A stretch of DNA of 64,000 bases, from NCBI GenBank assembly GCA_002269645.1, contig NIVC01001620.1, positions 1 to 64,000 of the forward strand, given 5' to 3'. Position numbers and translations under genes: made by a program. Under the pieces are notes generated by a model, which saw nothing but the letters and a program-made list of their open reading frames with translations, ran no database searches and had not been told where the DNA came from. This DNA comes from Macrostomum lignano (Eukaryota). This document shows, one piece after another, positions 12,976-25,625 of the stretch. The stretch's first letter is position 1; each line of letters begins with the position of its first letter.

Positions 12976-14490
12976 CAATTTTACAAAATTACAAATTACG
13001 AATTTTAAAAAATTCCCTCATATAACTTTGTCAGCTAAGTTTTATTAGTAGCCATAAGTGGCCACACTGTATCTCAATATATGCAGTTATAAATATAAAG
13101 ACTAAAGACATTATATCTCTATATATGTATATATATTTACTTACATATATTTGCCCTCCCCTTTTTACATGTTGAAAAAGTTGACATTGCATATATAGTC
13201 ATTAAGAAATATAAATGTATAAGAAAGGTTGCAATAAGGTCAATGCTCATTTAAATATATATTAAATTAAAACAAGTTGTCTTATGACTCTTACTATTAG
13301 TATTAACAAATACAATGAAATAAAAAGCACCATGCAAATATGCATCTATAAAATAAAATTACAACACTACACAAGCACTAATCTATGTAAAGCATGCATT
13401 TGGATGACAATTATACTTTTGTTATAGTGATAAGTTAAACCTTATTAATACCAGAAAAACAAATTTACTTGTTATTTATATAGTTCGGGCTAAAAATGCA
13501 AACTTCCGAAGGGCATAGCAATGACCCCAAAGAATACTTTTTTGGACTCTTTTCGTTTTTAAAAATAATCTCGTTTCTAAGAACTCTTTTCGTTTCGTTT
13601 TAACTGCAATCTTAACTTTATATTTTAATTTTTGCATAAACAATGAATACACAAATAACCATGGGTTTGTATAACCATGCATTCGCCTTCGTCTTTTTTA
13701 AATTTCATTATATTTTTTAGACTGCAATCTGCATGTATATTGGATAGGCCTACTCAGATAACCGAATTCGTCAACAGTGCCTATTAAGGTAGTTCGTCAA
13801 TTGTCAACTCGGTGGCACCCTATAGTTAGGCCTATACGTCAGACATTATTAGAAAGACATTACAACAATAAAGAACCCTTTCTTGCATCAAAAAACCGTT
13901 GGTTCGTTACTATAATGGCAAATATGATTATCTGATTGAGTGGTGCGAGCTAGTGGATGGTGAATCGGTGATGGCGCTTGAATGACTCCAAAGCTTAAAT
14001 TCCAATGAAATCTCTATGCGGTGCTATTATACGTATGCGTCTTAAAAAGAAAACCTTTGGCTTGAACGGGCCAGTACCTAGGGAACGTAACCAATCACGA
14101 GCGCGCAACCACACACTGCATTTAGGATTAGGCCTACTATACGATCGAGCTACCCGCGGCACAAAAAACCTTCCCTTTCACAGTTTGAATGAAATACATT
14201 TCTTACGGTAAGAAAAACAAAAAATAACGTAATTAGAAATAGTAAGAGAAAACTAAATTACCAGATATTACTGAGGATACCATTTCTTTAAATGAATTTC
14301 GATTTACATAAAAAACAAAGTTATTGACTACGCTGTAAACGACAACGTCACAACTGGCTCTGTGCCAGTCAGGAAGGTGTTCAGTGTATGCCAGTTAAGG
14401 CAAAATTTTAGAAAATGAAAGCTAAGAGATACAATTAGGCCTAATGCAGCTTTGAACTAGGTAGGCCCAGAGTAAACCTATTGCTTGATA

Positions 14491-14672
14491 CAGTGGTGCA
14501 ACCAAGGGTGTGGGCGGCGGGGGGGGGCGACGGCCCTTAGGCGGAGACCGGAAAAAAATCAAAGGGGGACCAAGCGAATTTTCGCCAAAAACAGAGTCAC
14601 TCGTCTGCCCCTCCTCCCGGGTCTTTCCCTCCAGAATCCGGCCCCCTCAAAAAATTTCTGGTTGCGCTATTA
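14491..14672. mobile_element. Degenerate hAT-like MITE
   Basis: CAGTGGTGCAACCA at the left and CTGGTTGCGCTATTA at the right form imperfect TIRs. No clear TSD. Confidence 0.45.
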
Positions 14673-14884
14673 ACTGGCTTATAGCTTTGTAAGCTGTATA
14701 ATAGCTGTATAGCTACCATGCCGCAATCAGAAATTTGGTGAGGTCGAGGGTGTATTCTGGAAGATGGTTAAGAGACAAGGATGCGGAGTGGCGGTCGGGA
14801 CTGCATTTTGGCGAAAATTGGCTTGGTCCACTAGCATTTTTTCTGGGTCTCCTCTGTTGAGGGCCTGATCGGGGGAACTTTGGG

Positions 14885-15209
14885 AGTGCCTGCGACGCCT
14901 AAAGGAAATTGCCTTCGGCGCTAAAACGAGTGACTGCGGCGCTAAAAGGAGTGACTGCGGCGCTAAAAGGAGTGCCTGCGGCGCTAAAAGGAATGCCTGC
15001 GGCGCCAAAGTGAGTGCCTGCTGCGCCAAAAAGTACCTGCGGCGCCAAAATGAGTGCCTGCGGCGCTAAAAGGAGTACCTGCGGCGCCAAAATGAGCGCT
15101 GAGAACACGATTATTAAAGTAACGAAAATGTAGGAATTTAGTCATGTATACATGTACATCTTGAATTCTTGGCTGTCCCCCCACCAAAAAATCCATGGCG
15201 ACGCCCCTT
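14885..15209 (-). mobile_element. hAT-like non-autonomous element (same family as 15929-16105, reverse orientation) with internal 20-21-bp repeats
   Basis: The reverse complement begins AGGGGCGTCGCCATGGATTTTTTGGTGGGGGGACA and matches the 15929 copy. Internal repeats are GAGTGCCTGCGGCGCTAAAAG. The other end is not resolved. Confidence 0.7.
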
Positions 15210-15928
15210 AAACGGGGTGCCGTGCAGTGACGCGATCAGCTCAGTCAAGGAGACCGCTGAGAATATATGATTCGGGTCCACAGGAGAGTTGCTCGGGCCA
15301 CCTAATTGGAGATCACGATGAGACTGCCTCACAAAGATGCCAGGCTCAAAGGATGGGTTGAATTGATATACCAGGTATTACCAGCAGGGTATACCATACC
15401 AGATCCACGGCTTCTCGGAGACCAGAACAAACTACCATCATCCGCCGGCACAAACTACCCATCAGGCAAGGGTCGAACATTCGTGGGCATGCCCAGCGGA
15501 CGTGCTGTCGTTTCCAGACTTGCGCTGACACTCACCACAGACAGCTAGATAATACATGTATGATTATGTATGATCGAGTTAAGGCGCTGAATCACACTCC
15601 AAAAGCCTATAGGATTCCCCGAATTCCCGTTGGGTCTGACTGGCAGGATACCTCTGGGGCTTATGCCTTATAGTTGGCCCTTGGATCTAGCTTTTGGGGC
15701 ACGAGGCCTGACCAGGTGCATGTCAACAACAAGTGGGCAGCTTTAGGCTAACTCAAGCTATGACTCTGCACTCTCTCCTCACCAGCCTACCATACAAGCT
15801 GGGCCAATCGCATGACGCAAATTGCATCACCCATAGTTAAGATGACAACCGCGGACTGGAATTTTAATTTGGGGCTGAGAAAGTTGATCACTGCATGGTT
15901 TCGGGGTGGAAACTACATGCATGTAACA

Positions 15929-16105
15929 CAGGGGCGTCGCCATATAGATTTTATGGTGGGGGGACAAAGCCATGTGAAGAATTCGACATGTACATGTACA
16001 TGCACATTAGTTTCAGAATCGGTGTTGTCAGCGCTCATTTGGCGCCCTCAGGCACTCATTTTGGCGCACATGTCTCCCCTGTCCCCTCCGGTGGCGACGC
16101 CCCTG
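15929..16105 (+). mobile_element. hAT-like MITE
   Basis: Perfect 14-bp TIR CAGGGGCGTCGCCA / TGGCGACGCCCCTG; imperfect 8-bp flanks ATGTAACA / AACTAACA. Confidence 0.85.
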
Positions 16106-16269
16106 AACTAACATATTGTTGATTGCAACTGTTGCTCGACAGTGAAGCCGCGATCATCACTTCTCAAATATTGTTTATTTTATTTACTAGATAATTGCTT
16201 GTTACAGTACAAAGCAACGTTATGAATTAAGTTCCTACATGTGACGAGCTACATCTGCACGAATAAACT

Positions 16270-16715
16270 ATGCAGACCATCAATAAGATATTCAACAATT
16301 CTGCCAGAAGATCGGATTTTTTTCGACCTTGTATTTAAAACACCCTGTGCGCCAATTAGTATTTGTGCCTCAGCCTTAACAAGCCTTCAAATTTCATCAG
16401 CACGTCCGACCCGTGTCTGCGACAGCTCTGAACCTCGTTGTTCACTGCATGGCCTTCACCCAGGCGGGACGAGCTTCTGGACCTTCAACATGTGGCACCA
16501 GGTGACTATGGACACCCTGTTTCTCTAGTTTCGCTTATCAAGCCTCGACAGTGGGCAAACCTCAACTGCTGGATATCCTCAGCTAGGGCTGGAGACGATC
16601 GATTCTTGTTTGAAAAGGTGCGCAGCAAAAAGTTGGGCCGTGTTCTTGAATTTTGTGTGGTCTGAATTGCATCTTTTCGGCGCAGCAAAAAAAATTCTGG
16701 GGTGGGCCGGAAACT
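16270..16715. mobile_element. Dispersed repeat, copy 1 of a family with a probable long TIR (copy 2 at 37920-38330)
   Basis: Shared blocks TTCTGCCAGAAG.TCGGATTTT, AAATTTCATCAGCACGT, GGCCTTCACCCAGG, CTGGACCTTCAACA, GACTATGGACAC. The 16605-16705 segment is the reverse complement of 37925-38030. Confidence 0.7.
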
Positions 16716-19254
16716 CCCCCCCTTAAGTAGTAGTTCTACTGATAGTATGGAGCCCTGATATAGCGCATTATTTTTAATAAGCAGCAGTGCCCTCCAAATA
16801 GTTCAAATTCGATAGCGCTGTGATGAATCGATGTATTTAAATTAGAGCATTCATAATACCTTGGTAGCGTATGGGGGGATAAGCCTTCAAACATTTCTAA
16901 GAAACGATTGTCGCAACCTACATGTATTTCGTGGGGGTGCGGATCCACTACTTCAATATGTTTAGTCCGTCAATACTCATTAGAAACCGCGCTGAGAAAC
17001 TCCATTTCTGATTAAATCAATGACAAAAAATCTATGCAGAAAGAACCAAAGCAAATTGCATTTGACGATAATAGAAATAATCTGTCAAGTAGTAACTGTA
17101 TATTTCAGAGACGAAAAAATGAACATCAAATAAAACGCAATTAACGCGGCTCTCTATAAAAGTAAACAACAGGTTCCGCAAAATCCTACTTTAAAGCTGC
17201 TAATGAGTTATGGACTTACATCGCAGAGCTATATGCTATTCGCCTGTAATAAACGAGGCAGGGACAATGGAAAATTCTACGATTTTGCTAGCACCTCCTA
17301 CAGTCGCTTCCGCTTGCCAAGTGCAGTTGGAGGAGTTGAATCTCATCGGTGCTCAACATTCTATTTGTCCGGTTAATAATTATATAGTATAACGGACGAA
17401 TCAGCGAGTGAAAGCGTTTCAACCCGACGAGATACAACTCTCTCCACTGGACCTGCAAGACTTGATGGTCTGGTGCTGCGCGAACTGGGATTGTATAAGG
17501 CGAATCGCCGAGCAGCATGGAACCAGGCCGGTTCCTCTTTCCTGCAGCGCTTAGCTATAGAAAGGAGGAGAGGCCACTCGAGTCCCCGTGCGCGGGGCTT
17601 TATTATTTCAGTCGATCCCTTATCTCTGCTGAGCTCTCTCCGAGCTTGGATAAGATAAAGGGCCCTTCGTTCCATTCGAATGGGCGGGTGAGGGCTCTGG
17701 ACACGCGCGCTGTGCCATTGTGCAGGCGCACGTTTCTGGCTTGTTGCTGCGGCTATCTACACGTAATACGCTATAGATTAGCTATGGACCCATGCGTTTA
17801 GGCGTGCAGTGTGTTCCCAGTCCCACACAGGCTTATAAAGTTAAATCTTATTGATTTTCCGACAATACGGTGTATCTCAGTCTCGGCCAGGGTCTCGGTC
17901 CACCCTTGAGAAACTTTATTATCGGACCTGCTATCGGTATAAGCCGCTGCCCCCCATGCTGTATCAATTGCCTCGAGCTTATTCGAGTTTACTCAGGCTC
18001 GGTTCAATATTATTCGATCCTGATAAAAAACAGGCCTCAAATATATGGCTTTAGCTGCAACTTGACTCTGTTTACAAGGCTTGGGTGGGGGTGGCTGTGC
18101 CATTGAATGCAGCAATTTGGTGTCAATAATAACGCCTGGAGATTGCGCACGACTTTGCAGAGGTCACCCATTAAGCCTGCTCATGCAGTCCAAAATATTC
18201 CTAATAAGGTGGAGGACTTTGACCCCCATCTGAGAAAAATGTGGATTCGATATTCATTCAGTTTGTTTTCAGGAAATTTTGAGCTCAGTTAATGCTAGAG
18301 TTTGAAAATGCCTGGACAATACTTCTGCGCTGCGATACGGCCAGAGCATTCATTTGACCACCTGACCCGCCAAAGTTTTACAATTGTATGATATTCCATA
18401 CTGTGCTGGAGTCTTAACTTGTTGGGCCTCGAACTACTGCCAAATATTCTGAAAAGTATTCTGTATTTCGCTTTCTGTAGATTAGACAATACAAGTGCAA
18501 TACAATGCATAACTCTGCTTCACTTCTTTCGGAGAAAATCTTCTCCCGGCGGGGAAAAAGGGTGCCCTGGCTGCTGCTAAATATCCGATCATGTAAACAG
18601 CCCGTGTGACTTCTTTTTAATCTAAATACAATTCTACAAAATGTAGAAAACAACTCAACAAAAACTACCATAACTGTGGTCGCTCCCGCTTTTAGCGTCT
18701 TCATGTTCTCTTAACTCTACTGCAAGTAATACATAAACTATGCTGTGACTGCAACATAACAATAGTTAATTGGATTGTGTTTATAAGTGTCTAAAGTTGC
18801 TATAAAAAAGCACCAGTACCGGTATTGAAGGAGTCTGACCTATACACTGTTATTCTTCATCATCTTCATTATCCCACCATTCGTCCTTCGTTGCACTTGA
18901 ATACGAGAAGCCAAGCGAGAAAAGTTGATAGAATGAATTAATATAAACTTTAAGCCCTTATTCTAAGGACGCTCGCAAGTTGCCATTTCCCCCGGCTATG
19001 ATAAATACAAGCATTTAGCTGCAAAACTTTCATGCGATAGAGTCTAGAGAGAAGAGGAGAGTAGAGGAGAGAGATTAGAGAGAAGGGAGCTGAGAAGACA
19101 CAAACCTTGAGCTGGCCGGATGCCAAGCCGATCCGTTATCGATACTTTACAGGCTTAGGCTACAGGCAACTGAGTGAGTGAGCACCGGTCCTTCATTCCT
19201 CTTTGGTAGCAGGAGTGGTATAAGAATTTTGCTGCCTTAAACCAACTGCCAAAC

Positions 19255-19964
19255 TTAACCCTAACCTAGACCCAACCTAAACCCTAACTCTAGCTCTAAC
19301 CTAGACCCAACCTAAACCCTAACTCTAGCTCTAACCTAAACCCAACCTAAACCCTAACTCTAGCTCTAACCTAGACCCAACCTAAACCCTAACTCTAGCT
19401 CTAATCTAGACCCAACCTAAACCCTAACTCTAGCTCTAACCTAGACCCAACCTAAACTCTAACTCTAGCTCTAACCTAGACCCAACCTAAACCCTAACTC
19501 TAGCTCTAACCTAGACCCAACCTAAACCCTAGCTCTAGCTCTAACCTAGACCCAACCTAAACCCTAACTCTAGCTCTAACCTAGACCCAACCTAATTACT
19601 AACTCTAGCTCTAACCTAGACCCAACCTAAACTCTAGCTCTAACCTAGACCCAACCTAAACCCTAGCTCTAGCTCTAACCTAGACCCAACCTAAACCCTA
19701 ACTCTAGCTCTAACCTAGACCCAACCTAAACCCTAACTCTAGCTCTAACCTAGACCCAACCTAAACCCTAACTCTAGCTCTAACCTAGACCCAACCTAAA
19801 CCCTAACTCTAGCTCTAACCTAGACCCAACCTAAACCCTAACTCTAGCTCTAACCTAGACCCAACCTAAACCCTAACTCTAGCTCTAACCTAGACCCAAC
19901 CTAAACCCTAACTCTAGCTCTAACCTAGACCCAACCTAAACCCTAACTCTCGCTCTAACCTAGA
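19255..19964. repeat. 35-bp minisatellite built from telomere-like hexamers (AACCTAGACCCAACCTAAACCCTAACTCTAGCTCT), about 20 copies
   Basis: Visible tandem units; each contains CCCTAA plus variants CTCTAG, CTCTAA and CCTAGA. Confidence 0.95.
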
Positions 19965-20087
19965 ACATCGGCAGTCAAATTGAGCCAACCGGATTCAGTA
20001 AGTCTACCGATCTAGCATTTACCAGTGTTGCCAAAAAGTGTGATTCGAACTAGCATGACCGGTTTCTGAGACGTATTAAAGCAGTTT

Positions 20088-20420
20088 CAAGGACTACTTA
20101 ACAACACAGGACGTTACACTTGCAAATAATGGCAGAATTCTTAAAGGAATAAATAATGACTTTGAATGTATTTCTGGTTCATCTGTTGGAGAAAATAAAA
20201 ATAATTAGTCGGAACACGTGCACATAAAAGGCTGTGTTCACTAGACTTTAATTTCTGTAATAATGATGTGTATAATACATTATTTCTGTAAATAATGTAT
20301 TATACACATTGCTTCACAAGCAAAAAGGCCACTAAAACCATAGACATACATTAAAAGCGGCCTTTTAGAATTCTGCCAATATTTTCAAGTGTAACGTTCT
20401 GTGCTGTTAAGTAGTCCTTG
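20088..20420. mobile_element. hAT-type MITE, largely palindromic
   Basis: About 60-bp TIR starting CAAGGACTACTTAACA; perfect 8-bp TSD AGCAGTTT (20080-20087 and 20421-20428); central 19-bp perfect hairpin TGTGTATAATACATTATTT / AAATAATGTATTATACACA. Confidence 0.92.
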
Positions 20421-21085
20421 AGCAGTTTCTTCAACTGCGACTGTTCTCCATCGTTTCTACCGATCTCGGTACACCTGGCCAACAACAAAAAGTCTCTACG
20501 TCAACCAAACTGACGCACAGAGTCTGCACTGCCTCGAGCGGGACAGTTGGACAACCTGAGCCTAGGCTCAGTAAAAAACTGTTTGCCTAAAATGTGAAAA
20601 AAGCAAGATAATTTTTAAGCCAAATCAAACTGGAATACATTTTATCCGACACAGTGCTGACAAAAAATAATAAACTGGTCACAGAACAGAGAAGGACGTG
20701 TATATATTCTGTTGGGATATTAATAGACACACACGCGGCTGTTTCACAAGTCAATTAACAGTAGACTTCCAATATTCAATGTCAGATATATCATATCCAA
20801 AGGTTTCAGTTACACAAAGCAACGAAACTATTATTGTTTGGTTAAAATCAATCAAGTTACTGATCGATCTTGCAACAATTGCTATTTTAACCAACTAAGG
20901 GGGCAAAAAAATAATAAAGAGATCCAGTAACACAGTGAAGGACTTAAGCAAAACAGTGTTAAGGGAGGGGGCGGCATCAGGAGTCCGACAATAAAGGTGC
21001 TTATCGTTACTCAACACACACGAGAAATGCATGCGTTAGTCATTGAAAACACACTTTAAAAACAAGAAACTGATAAGATCAGTAA

Positions 21086-24000
21086 TCACTTCATTCTGGC
21101 GTCGTTAGCCTTAGTAATCTCTTTAGTCAGCTCCTCCTTATAGGAGAAGATGTCGCCTTCCCACTTGGTCACTTTGCAATTGTTGCACTCCCAGATTTCC
21201 TCTGCCACCTGTTGAATGAGTCGGAAATCGTGACTGACCAACAGCAGGCCGCCCTGGAACTCGCAGATGGCCTCGGCCAGAGCGTCGATAGTCTCGATGT
21301 CCAAGTGGTTGGTCGGCTCGTCCAGCAGCAGCATGTGCGGCGATTTGTTGGCCAGCCAGGCAAAGATAATTCGGCATCGCTGTCCGTCGGACAGTGTCCG
21401 AATCGGGCACACCTGCTGGGCCCCAGTTAGTCCGTATCGGCCGAGTATTTTGCGCATCTCGTCCCGTTCCGTAATCTCGGGAAACTGGCGCATCATCCAA
21501 TCTAGCGAGGTCAGCGATATGTCCAGCATCTCGTGCAGGTGCTGATGATAGCGACCGATTCTAACGTGCGAGTGCCGCCTGATGAGGCCGTCAGTTGGCT
21601 GCAGCTCGCCGGCGATCAGCTTCAGCAGAGTGCTCTTGCCTGAATTGCAGCAGCGCGTTAAGTTTAAATATAATTTTTTAAGCTACTGTTAGTAGCTGAT
21701 TTGATTATTGCATTATTTAAATAGAGTATTATAGAGTTTGCTGGTAAAGGCATGTTCTTCGGGGAGTAGATTTCTGAGAATAGTAAACTTCAAATATGAG
21801 CTAACCTCTATGGATTGGATCTATGTCCATAGGGATTGATTTTTATAGGGATATAGATTTGTCCATAGGGATATAGATTTGGCTCTAGAGATATAGATTT
21901 GTCTTTGAGGATACAGCTTTCTCTCTAGGGGCATAAATGTGTTTCTATGGATATAAAGTTGTCTCTAGGGTCATAGACTTGTCTCTAGAGATATAGATTT
22001 ATCTCTAGAGATATACGAGGGGTGTCCAAAAAGTCGGTGCACTTTCTTCACCACAGCCTTTTTTGACCGATCAGAAATACTAAGTCTGTTGCAGTTGAAA
22101 AGAGAATTATCTGGCCGTTAAAATGACTTTCTGTTTATTTCTGCATCTGCTGGCATTCTTGAGATATGAGCACTTTTCTGCCCCACCCCCTGTGCTACTT
22201 TTACAAATTGCCATAGACCAAAGCTTACGTGATGCACGAAACAACGAAACATTCAACCGATCAAAAAAACATCCGCAACATGAAAGTTGAGGAAAGAACA
22301 GTCAAAAGTTAATCATCAACATTGTCCTGAGGCTTCTCCACATAGTCACCACTGCGCTGCACACTTCTGCCATCGGCTGTGCATGTCGACAACGCACGTC
22401 CCACATGGCCAAGAAAACGGAGGAGACGATCGAGCAGGCAAATTTTGTGCTGCACTCACTGCCACCCTACTCTCCGGATTTGTCAACAGCTGACTTTGCC
22501 TTCTTTCCAAAGAGGAAGAAGCTGCTGCATGGAAAAATCTTTGCTTGTCGTGGGAGCCTGGAAGCATTGACTCGCCAAGTTCTCCTTCATGAGATGCCGC
22601 GCTCAGATTTTGCTGATTGACGACATTGACGACATGCACAGCCGATGGCAGAAGTGTGCAGCGCAGTGGTGACTATGTGGAGAAGCCTCAGGACAATGTT
22701 GATGATTAACTTTTGACTGTTCTTTCCTCAACTTTCATGTTGCGGATGTTTTGTTGATTTATTGATTGTTTCGTTGTTTCGTGCATCAGGTACAAAGCTT
22801 TGGTCTATGGCAATTTGTAAAAGTAGCACAGGGGGTGGGGCAGAAAAGTGCTCATATCTCAAGAATGCCAGCAGATGCAGAAATAAACAGAAAGTCATTT
22901 TAACGGCCAGATAGTTCTCTTTTCCACTGCAACGGACTTAATATTTCTGATCGGCCAGAAAAGGCTGTTGTGAAGAAAGTGCACCGACTTTTGGGACACT
23001 CCTCTTAGATGTGTCTATATATGTCTATAGATATAGGGTTTTATCTCTAGGGATATAGATTAGTTTACGAGGATAGAGATCATACATAAGAGTCCAGACT
23101 CAATAACACGCATATTATTATAAAGCATAAAAAATCCGAATCAATAAAAAAGCACACTCACCAGCTCCATTTGGACCAACCAGAGCCACTCGGGTGTCCA
23201 GATCCACGCCAAAGTCCAGATCTTTATAGATAAAAGGCTTGCCAGGCGCGTACTGGAAGCTGACATTCTGAATCATAATCACTGGCGGCGGAATCTCGCC
23301 ACAGTCGGGAAAGTAGAACGTGACAGTTTTGTCGTGAGCAACCCGGTCTGTCAGGCCTTTGTCAACCATCTTAGCCAGGGTTTTCTCTTTGCTCTGGGCC
23401 TGCCTAGCCAGCTTAGCCGAGCCGTGGCCAAACCTGGCTATGTAATTGCGCATGTTGGATATCTGGCCCTGCTCCCATTTGAATCGCTTCATCTGGTTCT
23501 CCTCCATCTCCATGCGAGTCTGCATGTACTGATCAAAATTGCCGCCATAGTAGATCAGGCGCTTGTGCCGCATATGGATGATATTAGTGCAGACGCCGTT
23601 GAGAAAGTCCTGAGAATGGCTGATGATGACAAGGATTCGCTTGTACTGCTTCAGCTCCTCCTCAAGCCAGACGCAGGCGTTCAGATCCAGATGGTTGGTG
23701 GGCTCGTCCAGCATCAGCAGGTCTGGCTTCACGAACAGAGCCCTGGCCAGGGAGATGCGCATGCGCCAGCCGCCGCTGAAGTGCTTTACCTAGCAGGTTG
23801 GGGTGCAGAGCTCCGTGAACCCCAAACCGTGCAGAAGCTAATCATGCTACTAACAGTAGGGAAATGGCATACTATACAGATTATTTACCTGTTTGTTCTG
23901 CATCTCGGCCGTGAACCCCAGACCGTGCAGAAGCTAATCATGCTACTATCAGTAGGGAAATGGCATACTATACAGATTATTTACCTGCTTATTCTGCATC

Positions 24001-25508
24001 TCGGCCGTGCAGAAGCTAATCATGCTACTATCAGTAGGGAAATGGCATACTATACAGATTATTTACCTGCTTATTCTGCATCTCGGCCGTGCAGAAGCTA
24101 ATCATGCTACTATCAGTAGGGAAATGGCATACTATACAGATTATTTACCTGCTTATTCTGCATCTCGGCCGTGCAGAAGCTAATCATGCTACTAACAGTA
24201 GGGAAATGGCATACTATACAGATTATTTACCTGCTTATTCTGCATCTCGGCCGTGCAGAAGCTAATCATGCTACTAACAGTAGGGAAATGGCATACTATA
24301 CAGATTATTTACCTGCTTATTCTGCATCTCGGCCGTGCAGAAGCTAATCATGCTACTATCAGTAGGGAAATGGCATACTATACAGATTATTTACCTGCTT
24401 ATTCTGCATCTCGGCCGTGCAGAAGCTAATCATGCTACTATCAGTAGGGAAATGGCATACTATACAGATTATTTACCTGCTTATTCTGCATCTCGGCCGT
24501 GCAGAAGCTAATCATGCTACTATCAGTAGGGAAATGGCATACTATACAGATTATTTACCTGCTTATTCTGCATCTCGGCCGTGCAGAAGCTAATCATGCT
24601 ACTAACAGTAGGGAAATGGCATACTATACAGATTATTTACCTGCTTATTCTGCATCTCGGCCGTGCAGAAGCTAATCATACTACTATCAGTAGGGAAATG
24701 GCATACTATACAGATTATTTACCTGTTTGTTCTGCATCTCGGCCGTGAACCCCAGACCGTGCAGAAGCTCCGCAGCCCTGGTGGCGGCCTTGTCAGCGTC
24801 TAATTCTTCCAGCCGATCGTAGATGTCCATCAGGCGATCGTGAGATTCCTGATCTTCGTGCAGAGCCAGAGCCTCGGCCTCGGTCTCCAGCCTGACGCGC
24901 TCCTCGTCAACTTCCATGACGCACTGTATCGCAGTTTTGTCAGACGGCGGCATCTCGCGTTGCAACAGGAAAATGTCCACATGCGGCTGAATCTGCAGCT
25001 CCCGGTTGGCCAGCGCGGCCAGCAGGGTGCTCTTGCCGCAGCCGTTCAGGCCAATCAGGCCGTAGCGCCGGCCGCAGTTCAGCTCCAGCTTGGTGTCCTG
25101 CAGCAGCTCCTGGCCGTGGAAGGTGATGCTCAAATTAATTAGCTGAATATCGCGAGCGTCCGGGTGGCTGGCTAATACGCTGGTGCAGGCCCGATGCGCC
25201 ACCACCCGGTCAGACAGCAGGTTGAGAGTCTCAATCTCGCTGGCCAGAGCGCTTGGCATGTCGTCATCTGAGCCCATGAAATCTTCGTCCTTGTCGGCCG
25301 AGGCGGAGGCAGCGGCGGCGCCATTGTCCGAGGAGGCGCCAACAGTTTCAGTTCCGTTAGGCCCAGTCTCCGGCACTTCATCGCCTGCCGCGCTGCCAGC
25401 TTCATCTTCATTGTCGCGCTGCTGCTGTTGCAACGGTTTCTTAGCGTCCTTGCGCTTGGCGGCGTCCTTTTTAGCTTGGGCTCGCTTCTTCTTGTGATCG
25501 GATGGCAT
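21086..25508 (-). CDS. ABCF2: ABC-F family ATPase ABCF2, 655 aa (exons 25508-24723, 23789-23162, 21639-21086)
   Basis: [14 protein letters not shown] start; two NBDs (GLNGCGKST / FSGGWRMR / [12 protein letters not shown] and GPNGAGKST / LSDGQRCR / [11 protein letters not shown]). All junctions are GT-AG and in phase (1968 nt). Confidence 0.97.
22016..23005. mobile_element. Mariner-derived fold-back element in ABCF2 intron 2
   Basis: TA flanks at 22014-22015 and 23006-23007. Arms of about 375 bp (22016-22390 and about 22628-23005) are reverse complements. The centre encodes a mariner C-terminal fragment ([18 protein letters not shown]...RWQKC...GDYVEK). Confidence 0.92.
23805..24722 (-). repeat. 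82-bp minisatellite filling ABCF2 intron 1; each unit contains the exon-1 3' end plus the 5' splice site
   Basis: Units start at 23831, 23927, 24009, 24091 ... 24665. The minus-strand unit reads ACGGCCGAGATGCAGAATAAGCAG|GTAAATAATCTG... Confidence 0.97.
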
Positions 25509-25625
25509 GGCTGCTGATGCTGTTTCTATAGCAACGAGTATTATAGCATGCACAAATTCGGATTGAATTCCAATCTAAATTCATGCGAATTACAGTTGTC
25601 GCGAGGTAACTAAATACTTTACATA

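Noticed and set aside
18355-18450. Parvovirus NS1/papillomavirus E1-like PKFYNCMIFH motif
   Set aside because: No intact Walker A follows and the frame is broken by stops; similarity is too weak.
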